Shown piece by piece: positions 29,226 to 38,170 of a stretch of 64,000 nt of DNA. Numbering within the stretch: position 1 is the stretch's first letter; each line of letters starts with the position of its first letter. A model generated the notes under the pieces. That model worked only from the letters and a program-made list of their open reading frames with translations, searched no databases and was not told where the DNA came from. Position numbers and translations under genes: made by a program. Source of the DNA: Nitrosopumilaceae archaeon (GTDB lineage Archaea; Thermoproteota; Nitrososphaeria; Nitrososphaerales; Nitrosopumilaceae); NCBI GenBank assembly GCA_965214835.1, contig CBDCCK010000002.1, positions 1,152,001 through 1,216,000 on the forward strand, written 5' to 3'.

Positions 29226-30502
29226 TATAGCAACGAACAGAAGTCTTTGAGCCAAAACAGGGTTCATTCGAAAAGTATATTGATCGCATAACCGGCAAGC
29301 GTGGCAAAAGAAACAGATAGCCTGTCAGAGGCCATGCGCAAAGAAAGGGATGTCCGAGTCTACAAAAAGATCATGGCGTTGATGTTTGTGCCAGAAGACG
29401 ACATAGGCGTGCCCGAGGCTGCAAGAGGGATCCGGTGCAGTGAGAATTCCGTGCGCAGCCGGCTGGCTAGGTTTTCGGAGGACGGCATAGACGGCCTCCG
29501 GGATCTTCCCCGTTCCGGATGCAGGCCAGGGGCGGACAGAAAAAAGATTGCCGCCATAATGGACCTGTCCATTGAATACAGCAGTACCGACGTCATGACG
29601 GTGCGCGATGACACAAGGGATGCCACCGGGATAGAGTACGGTACAACATGTACGAAGACTGATGCGCCAGTACGGCCTGTCGCGCCGCAAGGTGCAAAAC
29701 GTACATGCCAGCCATGCCGCCCCAGGCCCGGCATACCCATGGCAGCGATACCTTGAAAGGTATGAGGTCACCTACCCCCATCAGTCAGGCACGAATTAGC
29801 ATGCATGATTGTGATTTTCGTGCCTAGCTAGCAGGGGGACGTGACCACATACCTTGAAAGCGTGCGTATTCCGTGCCTGAAAAAAGACGGTTTTACGCTG
29901 GTGTCATCTGATGAGGCATTCTTCGTGCAGGGCTCATACGACAGATACGTATGGGGTCCGGTCGGCACCAGAAGCGTGGCCTCGTATTCGGGGGATCACA
30001 CAAGGGTGGCCGTGTTTGGAAGCATCGCAGAAAACGGCAGGAATCTGTTCAGGACGCTTGCGGGATCGTCTACGTCGGTGCAGTTCATACAATGTCTGGA
30101 GGCGCTGCGCGAAGTCTGGCAGGGTTGCAGTCTTTTGCGACAGGTGGAGCGTGCAGAGTCACTTCCGTCGCAGAATATCTGGCGGGCCATCCCGACGTCA
30201 GGCTGATAATGCTCCCAAAGGGATCGCCGTACCTCAATGTCGTGGAAGAATGCTGGAACCTGGGCAAGCATGTCGTTTTCAGGGGGATAGTGTACAGAAA
30301 GGTCAGTGAGCTGCGGCATGCCATATCCGAATATTACAGGACGGTGTCGTTTGCCCACCTTTGCATGTACAAGTACATTTACAGATCGCCGGTCAAGGCC
30401 CTCAATTACTTGTGACCATTATAGCAACGGGCAGAAGTCTTTGAGTCAAAGTTGGTCATAACTACACGTAAAAAACCTCAATTATTTCTGCTCGTTGCTA
30501 TA
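29226..30502 (+). mobile_element. IS630 family element, pseudogenised
   Basis: TIR TATAGCAACGRRCAGAA at 29226 and inverted ending at 30502; HTH (GIDGLRDLPRSG), SSDEA, LPKGSPYLNVVEECW; frameshifts and a MITE-A insertion; 30420-30502 is itself an 83-bp MITE with both TIRs. Confidence 0.85.
29760..29852. mobile_element. MITE family A inserted in the IS630 transposase
   Basis: Near-identical reverse complement of 28647-28739; 8-bp TSD CTTGAAAG. Confidence 0.92.
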
Positions 30503-30513
30503 CTATACCAGAA

Positions 30514-30734
30514 TTGATCAAATATTTTCAACGTTGTAAGGCGCCGTCATGCGTGCGCCGGTCCCTGCCACACCCGCACTCGTATGAGGTCACGTCCCAT
30601 TGTCGGCCAGGCATGGAAATCATAGCTGTACATACCAATTCGTGTCTGATTGGTGGGGGTAGGTGACCACATACCCGCCCTTTGTAGCAAGGGTGCCGAG
30701 GAGCACCCACCAATTTCGTTTACGCCTAAGGTCT
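30514..30734 (-). mobile_element. IS5/ISL2-like element end, interrupted by MITE A (30582-30674)
   Basis: Reverse complement of uninterrupted 42588-42700; terminus TTTACGCCTAAGGTCT resembles the end at 60483. Confidence 0.75.
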
Positions 30735-30854
30735 ATTGTTTCACTGTATCGTATCTAGATCTTTTGGTGAAAATTTCTTGTCCTTTTTATGATTGGCTAC
30801 GCATAGTTACTATTCCTTCCAAACCGTTATTTATCTAACGGGTGGGAGCATCCC

Positions 30855-33359
30855 ATGCTTAGCCTCGGACGTACAGCCCTTCGCACAGGGCGCATGTCCA
30901 GACACGGATCACTCCTCCTGCTTGTGACCATACTGGCGCTTTCTGCATACACTCATCTGTGGAACCCGGCGGGATTTCCGCCGTGGCATGGAGACGAGTC
31001 ATCCTACATAATGCGGGCCTTGGACGCCATGGATCACAAGATACTGTCCGACATACACGACCATCCGTTTCTTGGCTGGACGATACTGGCCGGATTCATG
31101 CATGTTACGGGATACCCTGACTCTGTAACATCGGGGGATGCGTCCTCGCTCGCGATGTTTTACGAGGCCCCGCGCATCCTCATGGGGCTGCTTGCGATTC
31201 TGGACACCTTTCTGATCTACAAGATAGCCGAGAGGGGCTTTGGGCGCAGGGTAGCACCAATTGCGGCGATCCTGTTCGCGGTAATGCCCATATCGCTGAC
31301 GCTCAGGCTAGTCCTGCTGGACTCGATCCTCCTCCCGTTTGTCCTCTCCTCCATCCTGCTTGCCATGTACGCACGCGGCCCGGATCCAAAGAATAGTTCA
31401 ATCAGGGAGTGGAAGCCACTGCCGCCGTCCCCGGACAGAATACGCCTGCTGATCCTCCTGTCGGGCATCTGCATGGGATGCGCCATGCTTGTCAAGATCC
31501 CCTCGCTTGTAATGATCCCACTGGGTTTCGTCCTAGTCTGGTCTGCAGGCAGGAGGCCGGGGCGTGTACTGCTGTGGCTTGTGCCCATAATCCTTATTGC
31601 GGCAGTATGGCCCGTGTATGCGACACTGGAGGGCGAGTTTGATCAGTGGGTGGACGGCGTCCTGTGGCAGTCAGACAGGAACGCTCAGTCTAAACTGGAC
31701 TGGCTGCAGCAATACACGCCGATAGGCTTGGTACAGGGCCAGGATCCTGACATACTGACACATCCTGCAATCCTGATGATGGTTGTCATACAGATGTTCG
31801 CGATAGATCCGATTCTGATGTCTCTGGGCGCAATGGGACTCGCCTTTGCAGTTGTTGTCACGCGCAACAGGTTTCTGATACTGTGGGCCGCACCCATCCT
31901 GCTGTTCTTCGGATCAATCGGATACGTAGCATTGTACCACTTGGGAGTGCTGTGGGCTGCAATGTGCATTGCCGCAGCAGCACTGATCAGCGACGGCATC
32001 AAAAGGGTGTCGGCGGGAAGGTGGGGCCCAAGGGGGCAGCGCACGTTGCTGCTAGCGGCCGTACTTGTGGCCGCGGCACTCGGCCTGTCCACGTCGGGCG
32101 TGCTTGTACACTGGGACGCGATGTCTGCATACTCTGAAGCGGTATCCTTTACGCTGCAAAACTATGCGGATTCTGACGCGCAAATAGTCATGCAGGATGT
32201 TCATAAATCGTGGCTGTCAACTGTCTCCAACCTTACCGATTCAGGAACAGCAGGTGGTTTCTTTTACAACATATACCCAGAAAAAACCAAAAAGATCGTA
32301 ATAGTAGACTTTGTCAGCGCAATCGAGCCGAATCAGCACGGATTGGTGGCCCAACTCGGCTATAGCAATGTAACGGCGTCTCCCAAAATGGATCAAAACA
32401 GGCGACATGCTGAGATGCATGACAGCGGCAGCAGGGTGGCCGAGTTTGAGAATCCGCCAAGACCGGACACGTTGATACCGTCGATACTCCACAGGTACGG
32501 CGACCGTAGCGTGGTGGTGACATGTGATCCGACGGACATTGTTGTCTACATATACTGCAAACTCCACAAGTTTGCCGACCGCGGCGTGGTGGTGACGGAG
32601 TGGAACCCGCCAGGGTGGGCCACCATGTCCACGTACGGCCCCACCGGCCGGGCCCTTCACCTTGACGGTACCGCATATGTAACGCTTGCCGATACGCCCG
32701 GCCTCGATCTTGGCGGGACCGATCCGTTCAGCATCGCCTTTTGGATCAAAATGACCGGCACCGGAGACCCCGACTCGTCGATCATATCAAAGGCAGAGGC
32801 GGTCCGGCAGCAGGGAGTCACCGTGTGGGGCCACCCCGGCGGCGGGATCTTACTCCAGATGGCAGACGGCGCATCGTATGAGATCACCGTTGACACGTTC
32901 TCCAGTGTATCGGACGGACGCTGGCACCACGTCGTGTTCACCTATGACGGCTCCGGGGACAGGGTCGGACTAGACGTGTACGTGGATGGGCGGATCGACA
33001 GTATGCGCTGGATCAGAACGTCACTGTCAGGATCCACCGCAAACGATCATCCGCTTGCGATAGGCGCCGGCAGCACCGGCAGGGGGACTGCGCAGGATAT
33101 CGTGCTGGATGATATCATGATATACTCGGCACAGCTGCCGGCAGGCTATGTATCAGACGTGCATGAATGCCACGTGGATGCAGCTGCCGTGTCTGCCACT
33201 AGAGATGTCGGAACAGTCGGCACACCCGCCGGCGATTATGCGTGCATGGGAGACTACAGTGATGCGCTCCTGGCACACCTTGAGTTTGAGGGAGACCTGT
33301 CGGACTCCTCGGGCAGCGGAAACGGCGGCACGGCGCACGGGGACGTCAGGTATACATAG
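30855..33359 (+). CDS. GT-C glycosyltransferase-LamG fusion, copy 2
   Basis: Closely similar to 25781-28279, including promoter and 3' flank; WHGDESSY, DHPFLGW. Confidence 0.85.
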   Translation: MLSLGRTALRTGRMSRHGSLLLLVTILALSAYTHLWNPAGFPPWHGDESSYIMRALDAMDHKILSDIHDHPFLGWTILAGFMHVTGYPDSVTSGDASSLAMFYEAPRILMGLLAILDTFLIYKIAERGFGRRVAPIAAILFAVMPISLTLRLVLLDSILLPFVLSSILLAMYARGPDPKNSSIREWKPLPPSPDRIRLLILLSGICMGCAMLVKIPSLVMIPLGFVLVWSAGRRPGRVLLWLVPIILIAAVWPVYATLEGEFDQWVDGVLWQSDRNAQSKLDWLQQYTPIGLVQGQDPDILTHPAILMMVVIQMFAIDPILMSLGAMGLAFAVVVTRNRFLILWAAPILLFFGSIGYVALYHLGVLWAAMCIAAAALISDGIKRVSAGRWGPRGQRTLLLAAVLVAAALGLSTSGVLVHWDAMSAYSEAVSFTLQNYADSDAQIVMQDVHKSWLSTVSNLTDSGTAGGFFYNIYPEKTKKIVIVDFVSAIEPNQHGLVAQLGYSNVTASPKMDQNRRHAEMHDSGSRVAEFENPPRPDTLIPSILHRYGDRSVVVTCDPTDIVVYIYCKLHKFADRGVVVTEWNPPGWATMSTYGPTGRALHLDGTAYVTLADTPGLDLGGTDPFSIAFWIKMTGTGDPDSSIISKAEAVRQQGVTVWGHPGGGILLQMADGASYEITVDTFSSVSDGRWHHVVFTYDGSGDRVGLDVYVDGRIDSMRWIRTSLSGSTANDHPLAIGAGSTGRGTAQDIVLDDIMIYSAQLPAGYVSDVHECHVDAAAVSATRDVGTVGTPAGDYACMGDYSDALLAHLEFEGDLSDSSGSGNGGTAHGDVRYT

Positions 33360-33437
33360 CTAGGCACAGAGCCTGCAAAAGGCCGGATCATCGCCTGCCC
33401 AAGTGCAGCAACAAGTCTGCAGATGATGCCGTATCTC

Positions 33438-33528
33438 GTAAGAGTTTACCCCTTCCCGGAGATACGGTGTGGCAGGCGTGATCATGAAGGCTCTGGCCGG
33501 CAGTGTCGCCTGAGGGATAAACTCTTAC
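33438..33528 (+). mobile_element. IS66-derived MITE (family D)
   Basis: GTAAGAGTTTACCCCT...GTCGCCTGAGGGATAAACTCTTAC; opposite orientation to 28497-28585. Confidence 0.85.
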
Positions 33529-33537
33529 ACTGTCGGT

Positions 33538-33926
33538 CAGTCTTCCCAGAAGTACCGCATCAAACTATCATAGGCTCGAAACAATTCAGATGAGGCTGGG
33601 GACGTGAACACATACCAATCAAACATATGGCGTTAGCAAAAGATCCTACAAAAACTTATCATAACACCAAAAATGTGACGAATGCATAGATGGTTTGTAT
33701 CTGTTTGGAATATTAGATGACGGGGTAGGCAACAAAAAGTTAGAATTACAAGTTTTTCTTGACAAAGACAAAAACATTTTACATCTCATTTCAGTCCGCA
33801 AGATCAGTCTTCCCAAAAGTAACCCACAAAGCGATTCTAAAACTTGAAGCAGTTCAAACCAAGCTGCATACAGATCCGCATATGGCCACCTGCACCGCGA
33901 TGAGTCGGGTACATTTGGGAAGACTG
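33538..33926. mobile_element. Composite of MITE-C ends with AT-rich cargo
   Basis: Left TIR at 33538, complete MITE C at 33805-33926; TCGGT at both outer flanks once the IS66 is removed. Confidence 0.6.
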
Positions 33927-33930
33927 TCGG

Positions 33931-35580
33931 GTATGAGTTTACCCCTCCCTATAGTTTAGGTTGAGTACGAGGCCAACTTTTGATCACCATCTGGATCCAT
34001 ATACGTCAAGACCACACCTGTATTCATTGCCTGATTCAGAGATCAAGATACTGCGCGACGAGCTGGCCCGCGTCATAGCCGAATCAGACAAGAAGGATGG
34101 AATCATCGCAGACAGGGATCGGGCAATAGTCGGGCTTGCCGAACAGCTGGCCGAGGCCTCGGTGACAATCCTGATGCAGACAGCACAGATCAACTGGTTC
34201 AAGCAAAAGGGGCCCGCCCCAGGGTGGCCAGAGGGCGAACCCCGGGGAGGGACGGCACCTGACGCGCAAACCGCGGCACTGGAAGCAGAAAACCAGCAGC
34301 TCAGACAGCACATCAGATATTACGAAAACCCTCACACCCCCTCATCGCAGAACTCTATTCCTACCCGGCAGAAAAAGGCCGCCGCGGCAAAGGCATCAGG
34401 TAATGTACCGGCACCTGCAAAGGCAAAGCCGGGCCGCAGACAGGGACACGAGGGGGTCTCACACGCCAGAAAACCGACCTTGTTTGTAAAGCACTGCCCC
34501 AAAAAGTGCGGCAAGTGCGGCAGCACCAACATGAAGAAGCCGAAAAAGATCTTCTCCAAGCTTGTGACCGATACCCCCAAGAGGCCCGAGCCGGTCACGA
34601 CACAGCACACCGCATACAGGCGCAAATGCGCCGACTGTGGCAACATGTGCATCGAAGACGACAGGTCATGGAACGTGCCGGGAACCGAGTTTGGACCAAA
34701 CATCACGGGGATGATGGCCGCAATACGCGTGGCACCTGCCTCCATACAGGCCACGGCCACACTGTGCTCAGAAATCCTAGGCATAGAAGTGTCAGAGGCA
34801 GGCGTGCTGCAGTGCCTGAGGGCCGGCGCCAATGCGATAAAGCCCGGCGTAGAGAGCATCAGGCAGGCCATCAGGGATTCTGATTATCTGCATATTGACG
34901 AGACTGCCATGCCATACAACGGCAGGACGGCCCGCATATGGGTGGTCGTGGGCAGGAACAGGGACGGCACCGTCGCCGGCGTCCACACGCTGGCCGCACC
35001 CAGTAGGGGCAGGGCCGTAGTTGACATGAACTTTCCGTATTATGACAAACCGGTCACAGTCGACGGGTACGGCGTATACGCCGCATTCAAGACCAGGCAG
35101 TGGTGCTGGGCACACATACTCCGGGAGGCCAGGGAGGCCGGCAAGACCTCCCGGAAGGCCCACGCGCTGTATGGTACACTCAAGAAAAAGTTCATCCATG
35201 CCAAGGGGCTGGGGCCGCCGGAGGAGGAGGGCGCCGCCCGGCACGACATGCTGGTGGCAGAAACGCGCGGGCTGGCCGAGGCATTCGGCAGGGAGGCCGG
35301 ATGCGAGAGCTTTGCCACAAAGCTTGGGAACGCCTCGGAATTTCTCTACACGTTCACATTGCATCCAGGCATGGAGCCCACCAACAACCTGGCCGAGCGC
35401 ATGCTGAGGCCGTCCGTAATTGCGCGCAAGGTATTCCAAGGACTCCGTACCATGGAAGGCATGGAGATGTTCACCGTATTGATGACGTGCGCGATGAATT
35501 GGCGCGCCCGGGGGTGCGGCGTGAGGGAAATGCTCGTCAAGACCCTGACTGGCAGCGTCGCCTGAGGGGTAAACTCGTAC
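33931..35580 (+). mobile_element. IS66 family element (single-ORF, ISBst12-like); transposase ORF 33961-35565
   Basis: TIRs GTAYGAGTTTACCCCT, 9-bp flanking DR GACTGTCGG; NPHTPSS, CGKCG/CADCG zinc ribbon, HIDET, TVDGY, QWCWAHILRE, PTNNLAERMLR. Confidence 0.93.
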
Positions 35581-35616
35581 GACTGTCGGTGGACTAAATT
35601 ATAAATATACATCAAA

Positions 35617-36822
35617 ATGACACGTATCATGATTTCAAGGGTGGCAGTATTGTCGGCACTTCTCACACTTTTCATTGTTTTGGTTCCTGTATATGTCCAA
35701 GCGGACTTGCCGCCGCCGTCCGCACAGCAGATCAACGCAACCACACCCGAGGTAATGCACCATAGCGTGTTGCTCTTGGATCATCTTGACGTTAATTTTG
35801 ATGATGGCTCTGATGGGAATTTTGTATTTGCATATAGTATCAGCCAGCCAAAAACACCAGAAATCATGACCCACGGCATAGTCGACGGACACTATCAGAT
35901 CGTAATGGATGTGGTTAGGGAGTGGACCTATATAGGTTCAAGTACATATGCCCACATATCGTCGCCCCCGATTGATCCACGCACCACAGAGTTTCTAGTA
36001 GACATACTTGGCAAAAACATCAAAGGTGAAGGAGGCGAGGCATTGGCTGGCGGGACCGTAGGCTACGGCATTATCTACGATCTTGACAACAACGAGGAAA
36101 AATCGATCTTGGTGAGAACCCACACAAGAGACAACAAGCCGTCGACTGTCTTTAGCTATATAAACGATACAGGTTCAGTCACGTCCCCGACTGTAACACT
36201 AAATGACATAGCCCTTACCAACACATGGAAATCCGTTACCGGCGATGTAAAATCCATGTATGAGGATAATGGCCTTGGTGACTATGACTCTGACGTGGAA
36301 AGCTGGAGGCTGTATCTGGGCGGTTCCACATACACATCTCAGATCAACGGGAGGTCAAACTCCTTTACCGGGCAATTTGACAATATCTTGATCACACCAA
36401 AAGTAACAAACAGAGATCTGCAAAACCAGCTGACTGGCATGCAAAAGTTATTGACCGACGTGCTGGAGCGACTGGATGCGTTAAGGCACCTCACCCTTGA
36501 GGTAACCCAATCCATACCTGATGACATCACGACACAGGTAACGTCATACAACATGACGCAGATAAACGAGCTGTTTTCTGCAACACTCTATACGCCACAC
36601 AGCCCTGTTAGCGCAATAACGCTAGAGTTCACCCGTTCCCCGATTACGCCAGTGTTCGTGGAAATATCTGCACAGCAAGACAGATTCAGGCTGGATCTTG
36701 ACAGTGATGTCACTGCCCACATGATATCCTTTTCCCGACCGGTAACATACGAACAGGTAAGCATAACAGTGGATAATGTCCAGCACGACAACGTACTCGA
36801 GGTTGGACTTGCGTACCCGTGA
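35617..36822 (+). CDS. Secreted/surface hypothetical protein
   Basis: Signal peptide-like N-terminus (..VQA), Ser/Thr/Asp-rich beta-type body, short coiled coil; TTATAAATA ~20 bp upstream. Confidence 0.7.
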   Translation: MTRIMISRVAVLSALLTLFIVLVPVYVQADLPPPSAQQINATTPEVMHHSVLLLDHLDVNFDDGSDGNFVFAYSISQPKTPEIMTHGIVDGHYQIVMDVVREWTYIGSSTYAHISSPPIDPRTTEFLVDILGKNIKGEGGEALAGGTVGYGIIYDLDNNEEKSILVRTHTRDNKPSTVFSYINDTGSVTSPTVTLNDIALTNTWKSVTGDVKSMYEDNGLGDYDSDVESWRLYLGGSTYTSQINGRSNSFTGQFDNILITPKVTNRDLQNQLTGMQKLLTDVLERLDALRHLTLEVTQSIPDDITTQVTSYNMTQINELFSATLYTPHSPVSAITLEFTRSPITPVFVEISAQQDRFRLDLDSDVTAHMISFSRPVTYEQVSITVDNVQHDNVLEVGLAYP

Positions 36823-36872
36823 TCCTTTTTTTATGCTCGTCAGATCCGCTCCAAACATATCGCTAGAGGTTT

Positions 36873-36950
36873 CGACCTTGTGCATATTTGCCAAAAATGA
36901 CGCAAAAGCTGCCTGGTTTTTTTGATCTGCGCCGATTACGCATAAGGTCT
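36873..36950. mobile_element. MITE family B (~78 bp, IS5/ISL2-derived)
   Basis: TIR GACCTTRTGC...GCATAAGGTCT; reverse-complement copy at 41526-41603. Confidence 0.75.
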
Positions 36951-37043
36951 AATATTCACTAAATCACGACAGGATTAAGTCGGGGAGCTGTTACCCGAAT
37001 GAACATTATATGACTTAATAGTTGGGCCTCATCGAGTTCAGAC

Positions 37044-37850
37044 ATGAAGAAAAACGTCGTGGCCGGACTGGGCGAGATCGGCGCTCCGATTTTAAAGCTG
37101 ATTTCAAGGCACTTTCTGTCTGTCGGCTATGACGTTGATGCCTCCCTTATGAAGACGAGGCAGTTCTCCAGGCTGGAAAAGGTGCCGGTCTCCTTCCTCC
37201 ACGTCTGCATTCCGTTTGATAAAAAATTCGACTCCAGCATAGCATCGCTGTACAAAAAATTCCGGCCCGAAATCATCGTAATTCACAGCACCATCCCGCC
37301 CCACACCACGAAAAGACTGCAGAAAAAACTTCCCTGCCCGGTTGTATATAGTGCCACCCGCGGGGTCCACAAGCGAATGTTAATCGACCTTAAACGCTAC
37401 ACAAAGTTTTTTGCAGTTGAAAAGACAGGCCCCAAATCCGAGTGGGCCGCCAGAAGATACTCTGCCCTGCTGCAAAAATGCAATGTAAAGCCCAGACGGA
37501 TGAGGGATCCGGTGACCCTTGAGCTGGCAAAAATCATCGTCGATACCACGTACTATGGGTGGCTGATCAACTATGCGCAGCTGAGCAGCATGATTGCCCA
37601 AAAATACGGCGTCGACTATGACGAAATGTGGAGCTTCTCAGACGACATTCACAGGCTTTTGGGAAACCGGCCGAAAATGTTCCCAGGGTTCATCGGGGGC
37701 CACTGTGTCATTCCGAACCTGAGGCTGATTGACGAGGATGACTTTTGGCAGATTGACAAGATAAACAACGCCTATGCAAGAAGGGTGAAAAACGCAAAGT
37801 CCATCGCCAAAAAGTATGTCAGGAGCAGACAGTCCTACGATGGCGCATAA
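37044..37850 (-). other. No minus-strand gene supported here; the antisense ORFs are shadows of the plus-strand dehydrogenase-like gene
   Basis: Overlapping short minus-strand ORFs lack motifs. Confidence 0.2.
37044..37850 (+). CDS. UDP-glucose/GDP-mannose dehydrogenase family protein (short form)
   Basis: GLGEIG Rossmann motif, IHST, ELAK, PGFIGGHCV catalytic Cys; lacks the usual C-terminal domain. Confidence 0.8.
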   Translation: MKKNVVAGLGEIGAPILKLISRHFLSVGYDVDASLMKTRQFSRLEKVPVSFLHVCIPFDKKFDSSIASLYKKFRPEIIVIHSTIPPHTTKRLQKKLPCPVVYSATRGVHKRMLIDLKRYTKFFAVEKTGPKSEWAARRYSALLQKCNVKPRRMRDPVTLELAKIIVDTTYYGWLINYAQLSSMIAQKYGVDYDEMWSFSDDIHRLLGNRPKMFPGFIGGHCVIPNLRLIDEDDFWQIDKINNAYARRVKNAKSIAKKYVRSRQSYDGA

Positions 37851-38018
37851 TCTGAGGCTGTCGGGATCTTGTGCCACAGTGCCGGGTGCGAGTCTGCATG
37901 CCCCGTGCCAAAAAACAGCGAAGTGAAACGTGCCAAAAAACCGAGCAAAGACATAGACCGGGCAAGAGACACGGTGACTCCAACATGCCCAATAACAAGA
38001 CAAAAAACAACAATCCCG

Positions 38019-38110
38019 GCATGTGGTCACCTACCCATATCAATCAGGCACGAATTGGTATGTGTGATTATGATTTCCATGCCTGGCCAACATGGGATGT
38101 GGCCTCATAT
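38019..38110. mobile_element. MITE family A, diverged copy
   Basis: GCATGTGGTCAC...GTGGCCTCATAT; similar to the reverse complement of 30582-30674. Confidence 0.78.
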
Positions 38111-38170
38111 TGTTACACATCGTGGTTTTCGACCTCCTGTCTTGCAGTGTCAGGATGTCTCCCACGCACA

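Noticed and set aside
25781-33359. Diversity-generating retroelement (template/variable repeat pair)
   Set aside because: No reverse transcriptase in the window; the whole gene is duplicated and differences are not restricted to adenines.
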